Source: Halocafeteria seosinensis (taxonomy: Eukaryota). Taken from it: a stretch of 32,690 nt of DNA. Under the pieces are notes generated by a model. The model was not told the DNA's origin, ran no database searches, and was given only the letters and a program-made list of their open reading frames with translations. The DNA is taken from the NCBI GenBank assembly GCA_001687465.1, contig LVLI01000238.1, positions 1 to 32,690 of the forward strand, in the 5' to 3' direction. Both the position numbers and the translations under genes were made by a program. Positions within the stretch are counted from its first letter, which is position 1, and every line of letters begins with the position of its first letter. Of the stretch, positions 12,601 to 22,492 are shown piece by piece.

Positions 12601-15600
12601 GTATCAGTTGAAAGTTGGAAGCCTGAAAAAATGAACTCCATGGGCGCTAGTAACGCCATGGCGAATCAATACCTAGACAGCATCCCGGGCTATTCGCTGA
12701 AGGATCCACCGCGTGATCCAGTTAGAGACCAAGAGCAGGCTGTCCGGCTGCTCGGCTTTGTTATCAAAGCGGCCCATCGGTTGGTGTCTCCATATGTTCG
12801 ACCGATATTGAGAACACTGTTGCCGAAGTTGGCCATTGACACGGTCACGCGAAGCAACCGCAATCCCGAAGAAGAGGGGCACCACGATGCTGAGTTGGAA
12901 CTAGATCAAGATCTGCAAAGGGACGAGAGTGATGACTCATATCGCGAAAACGAAAATGCTGATATGCTACCTCTTGTTGACTCTAACCTAGTCTCAAGCG
13001 CATTGTCCACTTTAGGGGAACTGAGTGAAATCGGTGCTGAGTCTATGCTTCCTTATTTCCACAAACTTACTCGATTGATTATCCATACCATTGGGAATCG
13101 TGGTGAACCTCAAAATCAGAAGGTTGCAGTGGATACGTTGACGCTTCTAGCAGGGAATGCCGGGAGAGTTGTTCTTCCGTATATCGAGCATCCAACTCTC
13201 TTACCGTTACTGCTGAGCCTCCTTCGCTCAGAACCAGGTTCGTCTTCTACGAAAACGCCCCAGAGGCCCGCTGTTTCCAATGGAGGAGACAACGAAGTCC
13301 CATGGCAACTTCAAAAATCCGTTCTTCGATGTGTTGGGGTACTGGGCTCCCTCGACCCTCATCGCTATCAACTCTCTCAAATCGCCTTGCTGCAGTTGAA
13401 GCGAAATGCAAGTATGTTTAATAATGAAAGAAATAATCAGTTGGTTGGGTTGGCAACCCATGAACGCCAGGCCAATGCTCACGCTGCTATTCAGGCTGCT
13501 CTAGCGGCTGCTAGGAATAACAGGGCTGGCGTGCTTGGAGTTGGAAGTACCGACCCGAACGTATCTAATGTGATGGCGACCATTGGATTCGATTTGGGAG
13601 ATGACGACGAGGATGATGAAGTCGGTGGCTGGTGGTGGAGGTGGGCTTGGGCTCAGGATGATGATTATGACGATGAATCTGCTACACTGCGAGATCCTGC
13701 CTCCGTAATTGACGGGGTGGACGCTGTCGATCCCATCATGGCGGCGGTCGAAGGTATTGCTGATGAGGACACAGCTTTGTCCATTAAATCTACTCTTGCT
13801 GAAGGTGCTCAGAGGGGACGACTTCATCTGAAGTCCGACGGTGCTACGGGTTCTACCATGTTGAGTGAGTCAGGTCTATCGATAATGGGTGCGGCAAATC
13901 AAGGCAGAAGTGCGGCCTCTATCCTTCCTTCAAATTTCGCTGAGAGAGATGTGTACTTTTCCACTGTGGCGTTGACGTCGTTGCTCCGAATACTGTCTGA
14001 TCCCAGTCTGACTGACCACCATCCAACAGTGCTGCAGGCTGTAACGTGGATATTTCGCTCTCTCGGCCAACGATGCGTAAAGTTCTTGCCTCATGTAGTA
14101 CCTGCGTTCCTGAACATTTTGCGACAACGCGTTCGTTCTCTGCGAGAGATCGGTGGCGCTGCGGCTCTATTGGGCTTGAAGAACAAGTCTGATAGTATTG
14201 TGGCAGGGTCTTCCCAAAACCCCGCCAATTCATCAGGCAACGCATCTCTCCGGGAGGCTATCCTTCAACAGCTGGGGGTGTTGGTTCTTCTAGTTAAGGA
14301 GCATATGCGGACCTACTTACCACGGCTGTTTGGCCTCTTGCACGAACTCTGGCCGGCCTCGCTTGCCGCAGTACTAAGACTGGTGGAGCATATTGCTCTA
14401 GCCTTGCCTAATGAGTTTAACAATTATGTTCCTGGTATCTTGGTGCACATTCTAGCAACATTGCAGAATCCGACGGATCCACTGGCCTCTTCCGCAGAAG
14501 CCTTAGCCCGGTCGGCTCGGGCTTCCGGCACCGGTGGATACGATTCCGGCACTTCCAGCGCATTGACGCGTTATTCAACTGGGGGAGGAACTATGACTAA
14601 CGACGAAGGAGTTGATCAAGCGGAAGCGCATGGAGCAAAAACTGATGACAGCATTAGTAGAGCAACACCAGAACAGCTTCTCGAAAAGGGAGTTGCTCTT
14701 TGCCGCCATGTACTCAGTACTGTTGCTTCGCTGGGTTCGTTACTGGAGCCGTATTTAGATCAATTGCTACCAGCTATACTGTGCTTGGCGGATCGAAACG
14801 ACCTTCCTCCGGCCCTTCGTCGACATGCTGTGGTAACATTAACGAAGCTTGCCAGAGGCGGTGTTTCTTTGGTTGATCATTCTTCTCAAATTTTACATTG
14901 TCTGTCACGGATAATTGCTGGCCATCTTGCTTGGGCCATGCCCGGGCGAGTGTATTCCTATGATACGGAAAGCTCGAACATTTATTCCAAATCAAGCAAG
15001 CACCAACCTGATGCGAAGGCCTCCTCGAATACAAAAGCGCTCAAGCGTTCAGCCTGCGATTTGTGCTGTTGGGTTGCGTGCCAAATGCGGGAGGAATTCT
15101 TGGTATTTGTTCCGTTACTTCGTCGCGCTCTGGTTGCATCGGACACCCAGCATCAGACTTTGGAAGGTTTGATGTCTATGCTCTTGGGGGGAATACCATT
15201 GCCACCTGATCCTGTGGACTTTGCTTATGTAGTGTCTGAGCTTTCATGGAGAGATTGGGTTCCTTTCTTGGATTTAGAGGATCTTAAAGATATCCGCGAG
15301 AATTTGGGCACGGAAATGCTTTCTTTAGGGTCTGAAGTTGCTGTAACACGAAAGCAACGTGAAAATACTTTGAAAACAAATTTTGACGGGGTTGGAGATG
15401 AAACTATTGACGAAGATGACGAAGAATACGACCATACGAATATTGACACTGATGCAGACTCGAGCGCGCAGGATAAGGTTAATGCTGCCCTAGGTGTGGT
15501 CACGGGAGCCACCGTTGTCGAAGAAGGAGATGGAGGCAATGTAGGGGGGAACGAGGGTATGGAAAAATTAGAAGTCAACGAGGAAGCCCTAGCGAGAGCT

Positions 15601-18600
15601 TGGGATACTGAAGGGAGAGTTACCCGGGAGGATTGGGTGGAATGGATGAGGCGATTGACTGTGGAATTACTGCGCTACTCTCCGTCTCCTGCCCTACGCG
15701 CTTGCTGGAACCCAGCACAAGTTTATTATCCACTAGCGCGTGAGTTGTTCAACGCTGCGTTTGTGTCGTGCTGGTCTGAAATGCGCTCACCATCCCAGAA
15801 GCACCTTCTTGATGCTATCGAAACTGCGTTGCATGCTTCGAAGACTCCTAACGAGATATTACATGCCCTACTAAATCTGGCGGAATTTATGGAGCACGAT
15901 GAGAAGGCCTTACCAATGGATATAAGAACCCTCGGGAGACTAGCTGAGAAGTGTCAAGCATACGCAAAGGCTTTGAGGTACAAAGAGCGTGAATATGAGC
16001 AATACCTCACTGGGGATGGAGTGTCGTCGAATGTGTCTAATAGTGCAGGCCATCGACCTCAGCAGACCGGAAATGATTATGAGGGCTTTGGGTCTACTCA
16101 CTCAAATGTGAAGACCCATTCGGCCATCGTTGAGTCGCTGATTGGCATAAATAACCAGCTTGAACAGCCGGAAGCTGCTATTGGAATATTGAAATATACT
16201 CAGGCTCAAGCGGCTGTTGGCGATCGCGATACTATGGGAAAGCTGGGTATCGGCGTACACACAGCACCAGACGTTAACCAGAATACGGATGCTGAGAGTC
16301 GGTATTTCTCTTGGGGCTTATTAGAAATCAAGGAAACATGGTATGAAAAACTTGGACGGTGGGAAGATGCACTTGAAGCATACAATCGCAAGTTCGCTGA
16401 GAACTATAGCACCATTCAGGAAGGGGAAAACGGGAATCTTGTTCGGGTTTCTATGCCATCTCATCTAACAGGCTTCAACACAGACAAATCGGCGAGTGAG
16501 GCGTATGTGCCCCTAACGTTACAGCTCGGGAGAATGAGATGCTTGAAAGCCTTAGGCGAATGGGTTGAGCTACAACAGTCAGCAACTGAGCTTTGGCCTC
16601 AGCTATCTGTAAAGGAGAGCATTGACGCTGTGGCTCCGCTTGCAGCGCAGTCCTCATGGGCACTGGGTGACTGGAAGAGCATGGAAATGTTCTCTCGGTA
16701 TACCCAGAGTAAGACAATGGACGGAACGTTGTTCCGCGCTGTATATAGCATTTATGCTCATAAGTTTGAATCCGCCAAATCGTATATTGAACGAGCGAGG
16801 AAACTGGTATCCGGCAACTTGTCTGCTGTCGAAGCCGAGACTTATACTCGATCGTATAAAAGTCTAGTGACGGTGCAGCAACTTACTGAAATGGAGGAAA
16901 TTATTCATTACCTCCGATTACGCAGTGCTGGGGAGGTGGAAGCGGCAGAAAGATACATGCAACATGTTCGACCCTTGTGGGAGCGTCGCCTGAAGGGATG
17001 CCAGCAGAATGCAGATGTATGGCAAAATATGTTAAGTGTCCGTGCACTTGTGAGACAAACGGAAGAGGACTTAGACTCCTGGATTAAGTTTGCTAATCTC
17101 AGTAGAAGGGAGCATCGGGTTTCGATGAGCCGAAGGATTTTGCTTGGGATCGGAATGGATGGAAATGGAGGATTTCAGCAGGGCTCGGCCTCCACAGTCG
17201 TCGAAACAGGAGGGCTTGCATGCTTTCCACCGCCTCAGAACTCCCAATTTCCTCAATCATCTTCCAAGAGATACGTGACCGGTAATGCCATACCCATGCT
17301 TTCATCCTCTGTGCTGAAGCAAAGTCAACAGAATAGTACGGACGATAAGAGTAGTAATAATCCAAACTCACCGGCTGTTGTTGGTGTGGGCGTAACTGGA
17401 GCTGGATACTTCGATCAACCCCACTCTAGTCGTGAATCAGCTCAAAGTTCGGCTTCGGAAGTGTCTGCAAGTCAATCCCAGCATTTGAGAACCCCAGGCT
17501 GGGCAGTCTCAACTAGGCAGAGTCCTGATGGGCCCATGCCCCACGCATATCCAGTACAGGTTGGAACCCAGGGCTATGATGGCGCATCACTGGACAACCA
17601 AACATACGAGGGAGCTCTAGTGAACAATTGCGTTGGTATGCTTGGTGATATTCGTCCTCATCCGAAAGTAGATTTTGCCTTTGCGAAACATTTGTGGGCG
17701 TCGGGTAGTGAGTTTGCCGCTATATCTCATCTCACCCGTTTGGTAACCGAGCTCGATAAAGCCGGAGGAACCAAGATTGAGATGGGCAACTATTCGCACT
17801 CGCTTGGAGAACGAACAACGACGGCAGACAATGAGGACATGCTACCGCAGATTCGCAGGATAGATAGAAGCCCGTATAAATACGGGTTCGGTTCTATATT
17901 GGATGAAGAAACAAGCCGACAGCTTAGGATGCAATGTCATCTGAAACTCGGAGAATGGAAATGGTATCTAATGGAGACTCATGGGACTCTGGATGTCCAC
18001 GGAAGCCATAACAACAGCAATGCAGGCACGGGGCCGCACGAAGACACCACGATGCCGAAGGAAGGCTACGCAGAGAGCGAGGAGCTGTCTTCTCGTGCCA
18101 GTTTCTATCGCGCCCAGTCATCGGAGGACTTTATGCGTATTCTACAGAGCATCCTTGGTGACTATAAGGCCTCCACCGATGCCGTGCCCCGGAACTACCG
18201 AGCTTGGCACGCCTGGGCTTTGGCAAACTTTCAAGCAGCGCAACGTCTTCATGTGTCCTTGTCGGATACATCTGCTGGAGAGGATAAGAAAAACTCGGGT
18301 GGCAAGAAGTCGAAACCTAAGCGGACGTCACTTGGATTCGGATTCAATGTCCTTGCCTCCCGTGAAAACCAAAGCAGTGAAGAGTCCGAGAACCAAAGGA
18401 GAATGGTTGCGGCTCATGTGGTTCCCGCTGTTCGTGGATTTTTCAAGAGCATTAATCTCGGTAGGGGTAGGTTACGAGCTCATGTCTTACAAGATTTGCT
18501 TCGTCTCTTGACCCTATGGTTTACGTTTGGCGGTACTGGGCAACCTGAAGTTCGGAAAGAATTGGAAAATGGTCTTGCTTCGGGGTTTATCGGCGTCGAT

Positions 18601-20652
18601 ACTTGGCTAGCGGTCGTTCCTCAATTAATTGCCAGAATAGCTATCCCTGACACGGAAATCCGTAGGCTTCTTCACTCTCTATTGATAAGGGTTGGCGTAA
18701 GGCACCCACAAGCGCTGGTTTATCCTCTAACAGTCGCGGCTAAGAGTACATCATCTGCCCGACAGCGCAGTGCAATGGAACTGCTATCGTCCCTGCGAGA
18801 GACCCATCCTCTCCTTATTGATCAAGCTCAACTGGTTTCTGAAGAGCTGATCCGAGTAGCGATTTTATGGCACGAGGAGTGGCATTCTGCGCTGGAGGAA
18901 GCGTCGAAGTTACATTTTACCGAGAAAAATACCGAGGGTATGCTAGAAACCCTTTTACCCTTGCATGAAAAGGTCGCTCGCGGTGGTAATACCGCCCACG
19001 AAATGACATTCGTCCAGTCGTATGGACGTGACCTAGCGAAAGCACACGATTGGTTAAAAAGGTATGAAAGACACAAGGATGAAAACGACATTAGTGCTGC
19101 ATGGAAAATCTATTACAACGTCTTCAAGCGGATCGATAATTCCTTATCTCAATTGAAGAATATTGAGCTTCAGTATGTATCTCAATCATTGCTGTCAGCA
19201 ACAAATCTAAAGCTGGCAATTCCCGGGACTTACTCTGCTGGATTCCCTGTTGTTCGTATCCGAGCGTTTTCTCCCTCAGTAGCTGTGATCCCTTCTAAGC
19301 AACGTCCGCGGAAGCTAACCTTAGCTGGTTCTGACGGAAGGATGTATACCTTCTTGCTGAAAGGCCATGAAGATCTCCGGCAAGATGAGCGTGCAATGCA
19401 ATTGTTTGGACTTGTTAACACTTTGCTGGCTAACGATGCGGAAACGTCAAAACGAGACTTGGCTATTCGCAGATATAGTGTCACTCCATTAAGCCACAAT
19501 GCTGGTATCGTCGGTTGGGTTCCAAATTGTGACACTCTTCATTCCTTGATAGAGGAGCATCGTAACAGTAGAATGGTACTCCTCAACGTTGAGCACCGAT
19601 TGATGCAAGCCATGGCACCGATGTACGATGAGCTAACTGCTCTTCAAAAAGTAGAAGTCTTTCGATATGCCCTCGAAAACACTTCCGGGAAAGATCTAGA
19701 TCGGGTTATGTGGCTCAAGAGTCTATCGTCAGAAATGTGGCTACGTCGCCGTACAAATTTCACGAGGTCGTTGTCGGTTATGTCGATTGTTGGCTACATT
19801 TTAGGCCTCGGAGATCGGCATCCTTCTAATTTGATGCTTGACCGCACTACTGGGAAGGTAACTCATATAGACTTTGGGGACTGCTTCGAAGTGGCCATGA
19901 GACGGGATAAATTTCCCGAAAAGATTCCGTTTCGTCTAACGCGGATGCTGGTTAATGCGATGGAAGTATCAGGCATAGAGGGGAATTTTCGGAGTACTGC
20001 GGAAGCAACAATGCGGGTGCTGCGCCAGCACAGAGACAGTGTGATGGCAATGCTCGAAGCATTTGTCCATGATCCCCTGATCAATTGGAGGCTATTAGGC
20101 ACCAACGAAGAGGAAAAGCCGTCACCATCCGCGGATCAAGATGAAGGCAGGACGGAGAAGGGCAATGAGATTTCCCAACAGGACATCTCACAGCGCGATC
20201 AAGATCAGGGAGCAGCAGGCCAGGGTACCACGGATAACGTTCCACCTAAGCGGCGTGGAGATCGTGAAAGAGAGTTGATTCAAGCTCTTGGGCCTGAAGG
20301 AATGGATGCACCTGCTGAGGCTCTAAACGACCGAGCAGTCCAGGTCTTGACGCGTATCAAGGCTAAGCTCACGGGGAGAGATTTCATCGATGATCCGATG
20401 TCTCCGAGGAAGAAGAGTTCCGTCCTCGGAAATCGGAGTAAGGAGTACTACGAACAACATGGCGGGGAAGAAGCTCCTCGCCCGTCACGAAAGAGTGCAA
20501 CCGAAGCTGGTAGAAGTGGATTTGGTCGGGCTTCAGGAGATCTCGAAGGGAATTCTTTGTCCGTTCAATCTCAAGTACAACGCTTAGTGGAACACGCTTC
20601 CTCGCACGAGAATCTATCGCAGCTATATGTAGGCTGGTGTCCCTTCTGGTGA
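9697..20652 (+). CDS. TOR: Target of rapamycin (TOR) PIKK Ser/Thr kinase, 3651 aa uninterrupted ORF
   Basis: N-terminal HEAT region, FAT start (LLNLAEFMEHDEKALP, CQAYAKALRYKE), FRB (RVAILWHEEWHSALEEAS), kinase motifs LLKGHEDLRQDER, GLGDRHPSN and HIDFGDCFE, FATC end YVGWCPFW*. Confidence 0.99.
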   Translation: MEALEELANASSPYSRAVAAHQLRYRVTTLSKEMPADSFLKFINYLIKRISELLNAPQDTSKMAGVYAIYELISAQTKEVDVKSQVVRFANYLRTIIGLSTADPAVLKMAAKAIGRLAAVGSTVAPSFLGFEINRALERLEYQESSEGQLFSSVSILREAAENAPTLFYKSIERFFKNVWTALSHSKPLVRESAAKTLGSCLKLTKRRKSQRHDEYCEDIYSNALTAFNNSGATWEAIHGALLALRELIMHADEFCSPKFTEICSCALKYRDVRDRLIRGTIIDILPRLAAFDPNGFVHGYVDLTLEYLLGTLRDLQERGPAFVAVGSVALAVKDYYPLSSLRPQLDKIVSLIKEALTPKRNRPFCTDALKCVAMLSDAVGPSLITYMHDLLEPMFAAGLTPELTHALKQLVSNIPPLLELIQERLLHEVSFILSGKPFPPPGQEFASFLPSNAPAAVSAASKAATAHRFRSRSHSQSAQKEGVDSSTDHSGSVDGSSSGGNKIGRLMGESVGSMSAAAAAVAAATNRDTMDMGLEYRGAQVNSAMIKSQQAFMGTGPDSREIRSEKSNIAWTRSMLAGTATGGGGAAITNAKFSMASPEAASQSGASGSSSLLSMQSKKSSQPLLTRVQRISLALRTLATFDFRGISLLPFVRHIVLLYADDPDLSIRRDAIVTTSMLLVSPSGCRLDKATVTSEKRRWQQKEFCSSDGQQTGSQTNGATDPGEIDTSASHPAGIRNLNRNLQSVLFPEAWYLFLDRDLEPYRGEKLRGEVDDSLRWNVNDTNKAGERAEHKQEGSMFVGGVLPVVLMDAGPTLELVNEILQRLIMAAVGDPHPYIRMLTLQCLGAGMRVLSITGKDNPQLIKPEGLYTLGTNWAIEYQPKHHVVYPFGSLEGGWFDALLAQPVALRTLCFSLHDEHHSVREMAVFLLGRLTHRNPSGVMPSLRRLLMEILQELELGAPARNSKHNDVSVESWKPEKMNSMGASNAMANQYLDSIPGYSLKDPPRDPVRDQEQAVRLLGFVIKAAHRLVSPYVRPILRTLLPKLAIDTVTRSNRNPEEEGHHDAELELDQDLQRDESDDSYRENENADMLPLVDSNLVSSALSTLGELSEIGAESMLPYFHKLTRLIIHTIGNRGEPQNQKVAVDTLTLLAGNAGRVVLPYIEHPTLLPLLLSLLRSEPGSSSTKTPQRPAVSNGGDNEVPWQLQKSVLRCVGVLGSLDPHRYQLSQIALLQLKRNASMFNNERNNQLVGLATHERQANAHAAIQAALAAARNNRAGVLGVGSTDPNVSNVMATIGFDLGDDDEDDEVGGWWWRWAWAQDDDYDDESATLRDPASVIDGVDAVDPIMAAVEGIADEDTALSIKSTLAEGAQRGRLHLKSDGATGSTMLSESGLSIMGAANQGRSAASILPSNFAERDVYFSTVALTSLLRILSDPSLTDHHPTVLQAVTWIFRSLGQRCVKFLPHVVPAFLNILRQRVRSLREIGGAAALLGLKNKSDSIVAGSSQNPANSSGNASLREAILQQLGVLVLLVKEHMRTYLPRLFGLLHELWPASLAAVLRLVEHIALALPNEFNNYVPGILVHILATLQNPTDPLASSAEALARSARASGTGGYDSGTSSALTRYSTGGGTMTNDEGVDQAEAHGAKTDDSISRATPEQLLEKGVALCRHVLSTVASLGSLLEPYLDQLLPAILCLADRNDLPPALRRHAVVTLTKLARGGVSLVDHSSQILHCLSRIIAGHLAWAMPGRVYSYDTESSNIYSKSSKHQPDAKASSNTKALKRSACDLCCWVACQMREEFLVFVPLLRRALVASDTQHQTLEGLMSMLLGGIPLPPDPVDFAYVVSELSWRDWVPFLDLEDLKDIRENLGTEMLSLGSEVAVTRKQRENTLKTNFDGVGDETIDEDDEEYDHTNIDTDADSSAQDKVNAALGVVTGATVVEEGDGGNVGGNEGMEKLEVNEEALARAWDTEGRVTREDWVEWMRRLTVELLRYSPSPALRACWNPAQVYYPLARELFNAAFVSCWSEMRSPSQKHLLDAIETALHASKTPNEILHALLNLAEFMEHDEKALPMDIRTLGRLAEKCQAYAKALRYKEREYEQYLTGDGVSSNVSNSAGHRPQQTGNDYEGFGSTHSNVKTHSAIVESLIGINNQLEQPEAAIGILKYTQAQAAVGDRDTMGKLGIGVHTAPDVNQNTDAESRYFSWGLLEIKETWYEKLGRWEDALEAYNRKFAENYSTIQEGENGNLVRVSMPSHLTGFNTDKSASEAYVPLTLQLGRMRCLKALGEWVELQQSATELWPQLSVKESIDAVAPLAAQSSWALGDWKSMEMFSRYTQSKTMDGTLFRAVYSIYAHKFESAKSYIERARKLVSGNLSAVEAETYTRSYKSLVTVQQLTEMEEIIHYLRLRSAGEVEAAERYMQHVRPLWERRLKGCQQNADVWQNMLSVRALVRQTEEDLDSWIKFANLSRREHRVSMSRRILLGIGMDGNGGFQQGSASTVVETGGLACFPPPQNSQFPQSSSKRYVTGNAIPMLSSSVLKQSQQNSTDDKSSNNPNSPAVVGVGVTGAGYFDQPHSSRESAQSSASEVSASQSQHLRTPGWAVSTRQSPDGPMPHAYPVQVGTQGYDGASLDNQTYEGALVNNCVGMLGDIRPHPKVDFAFAKHLWASGSEFAAISHLTRLVTELDKAGGTKIEMGNYSHSLGERTTTADNEDMLPQIRRIDRSPYKYGFGSILDEETSRQLRMQCHLKLGEWKWYLMETHGTLDVHGSHNNSNAGTGPHEDTTMPKEGYAESEELSSRASFYRAQSSEDFMRILQSILGDYKASTDAVPRNYRAWHAWALANFQAAQRLHVSLSDTSAGEDKKNSGGKKSKPKRTSLGFGFNVLASRENQSSEESENQRRMVAAHVVPAVRGFFKSINLGRGRLRAHVLQDLLRLLTLWFTFGGTGQPEVRKELENGLASGFIGVDTWLAVVPQLIARIAIPDTEIRRLLHSLLIRVGVRHPQALVYPLTVAAKSTSSARQRSAMELLSSLRETHPLLIDQAQLVSEELIRVAILWHEEWHSALEEASKLHFTEKNTEGMLETLLPLHEKVARGGNTAHEMTFVQSYGRDLAKAHDWLKRYERHKDENDISAAWKIYYNVFKRIDNSLSQLKNIELQYVSQSLLSATNLKLAIPGTYSAGFPVVRIRAFSPSVAVIPSKQRPRKLTLAGSDGRMYTFLLKGHEDLRQDERAMQLFGLVNTLLANDAETSKRDLAIRRYSVTPLSHNAGIVGWVPNCDTLHSLIEEHRNSRMVLLNVEHRLMQAMAPMYDELTALQKVEVFRYALENTSGKDLDRVMWLKSLSSEMWLRRRTNFTRSLSVMSIVGYILGLGDRHPSNLMLDRTTGKVTHIDFGDCFEVAMRRDKFPEKIPFRLTRMLVNAMEVSGIEGNFRSTAEATMRVLRQHRDSVMAMLEAFVHDPLINWRLLGTNEEEKPSPSADQDEGRTEKGNEISQQDISQRDQDQGAAGQGTTDNVPPKRRGDRERELIQALGPEGMDAPAEALNDRAVQVLTRIKAKLTGRDFIDDPMSPRKKSSVLGNRSKEYYEQHGGEEAPRPSRKSATEAGRSGFGRASGDLEGNSLSVQSQVQRLVEHASSHENLSQLYVGWCPFW

Positions 20653-20784
20653 TTTGTATATGGTATACGTGTGTGCAATTAATAGATGAGAACACGATTC
20701 TTGCAAACGGAAAACTATGAGCACTGTACCGCTTCCTTACCGCGCAGGTACTGACTGATTGCCAAACGAGAGCAACGCGGATGT

Positions 20785-22492
20785 TTACGGAGTAGTCAAT
20801 TCTGGATTCGGAATGATATCTCGGCTGATGATTAGTCGCTGAATCTGGGAGGTGCCTTCATAGATTTGATAGATCTTGGCATCGCGCATTAGCTTTTCCA
20901 CGGGGTATTCGGTGTTAAAGCCGTTCCCACCAAAGATCTGCACGGCGTCCGTTACGACTTTGTTGCAGTGGTCAGCAGCATACGCTTTCGCCATGGATGC
21001 AAGATGCGTGTTCCGTTCTCCCGAATCTACCATCCATGCCGCTTTATAGGTCATAAGCCGCGCAGCTTCGATTCCCATTGCCATGTCAGCAATCATAAAT
21101 GCTACCGCCTGATGCATAGCGATCGGCTTCCCCATTGTTTTCCTTTCTTTGCTGTACGCGACAGCTTCATCCATTGCGCGCCGGGCCAAACCAACGGCTC
21201 CAGCGGCTACAGGAGGTCGAGTATGATCAAAGGCTTGCATAGCAATCCTGAACCCTTGACCTTCACTCCCGAGCACATTTTCTTGAGGGACTTCTACGTC
21301 TTCGAATGTAACAGCACGAGTGTCACTGCATCGTTGCCCCATGTTCACTTCTTTCTTACCAACATGAATACCGGGGGAATCAGCATCCACAACGAATCCG
21401 GTGAATGCCTTGCCGGTAGGGGTTTCAGGATCGTCGCTGGTCCTTGCCAAGACAAAATACCAATTAGCCACACCACCGTTAGTAATCCACATTTTGTTCC
21501 CGTTCAAAATGTACTTGTCCCCTTTCTTGACAGCCTTCGTTTTGGCCCCAGCGACGTCACTTCCCGCTTGCGGTTCGGTTACACAGTAGGCTGCTTGAAG
21601 TGGTTCCTCCGTCATACGTCCTAGATACTTCTTCTTCTGCTCTTCATTGCCAGCAACAATAACTGGTGCCTCCGCGAGACCATTTCCTTCGATGGCAGTC
21701 ATCATGCCGGTACAACCATATGCGAGCTCTTCGGCAATGACGACACCCTCGATAGCTCCGAGCCCAGCTCCACCGTAATCGGCTGGGATATGAGTGTTTA
21801 CAAGACCAAGCTCCCAGGCTTTATTGAATATTTCTCGAGGATACTCCATAGATGTATCGTATTCCTTTTCCTTTGGCATCATTTCTTCCTTTGCGAACTT
21901 CCTTGACAGTTCTTGGATAGCACGTTGGTCGTCCTGCGAAAAGGGGGATCACATACTTGTTACCATACCATTCCATACCATACCCGAAGCTAACTTTCTC
22001 ATTCCTGTTTCACCGCCCTTCTAAGGTATAAGGTTGTTGTCCTCCCCTGGTATGCTACACCCGCGCACCCACGCGGCACACAACACTGTCTGTCGTAAAA
22101 GACACGACAAACATTTCGGCGAGTTATTAAGTTTCCGCCCGAAATTCCGGAGGTGCCTTTTTTCCCCCTCATCATGGGGTGTATACAGTACAACCATGCG
22201 TGCATCTAGCAGAAACCCCAAGAGTGCATAGGATCTAACACTAACTCAGCTGTCCTTTCCTGAGTTTAGTGGGAGTAAACAGGGGTTCTGTGCGCCGCTG
22301 ACGTAGCCACCATCCTCCCTTCACACTCTGTTTCTCATTCTTGTCTATTGACCCCACGCTTGGTTATTACTTGGTACATACCGTGAGATTGAAATTCATG
22401 CCTCCGGTGGTTTCAGTGGACATCATCATTCTTGTCATGGTACGCGTGGTTTGGCGGCCCACAAGAGGACGGAGGACGGATTGCATCATCAT
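20785..22492 (-). CDS. ACADM: Mitochondrial medium-chain acyl-CoA dehydrogenase; exons 22492-22382 and 21933-20785; 419 aa
   Basis: Exon 1 [37 protein letters not shown] (Arg-rich presequence) ends at a GTATGT donor. A 448-nt phase-0 intron ends at TTCGCAG, then [17 protein letters not shown]. Motifs [32 protein letters not shown] and [13 protein letters not shown] (MCAD-type catalytic Glu). Confidence 0.96.
21961..21984. repeat. Short (TACCA)n pentanucleotide repeat within the ACADM intron
   Basis: taccataccattccataccatacc. Confidence 0.7.

Noticed and set aside
20968..21624. 218-aa + strand ORF and other antisense or alternate-frame ORFs inside large genes
   Set aside because: Shadow ORFs of real coding sequence with no recognisable motifs.
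22145..22180. Box C/D snoRNA in the ACADM intron
   Set aside because: ATGATGA is present on the minus strand but no CTGA box D follows within the intron.
7788..22492. Functional clustering of TOR, ACADM and the TMEM151-like gene with the chitin synthases
   Set aside because: Adjacency in a compact eukaryotic genome is not evidence of shared function; no synteny data are available.
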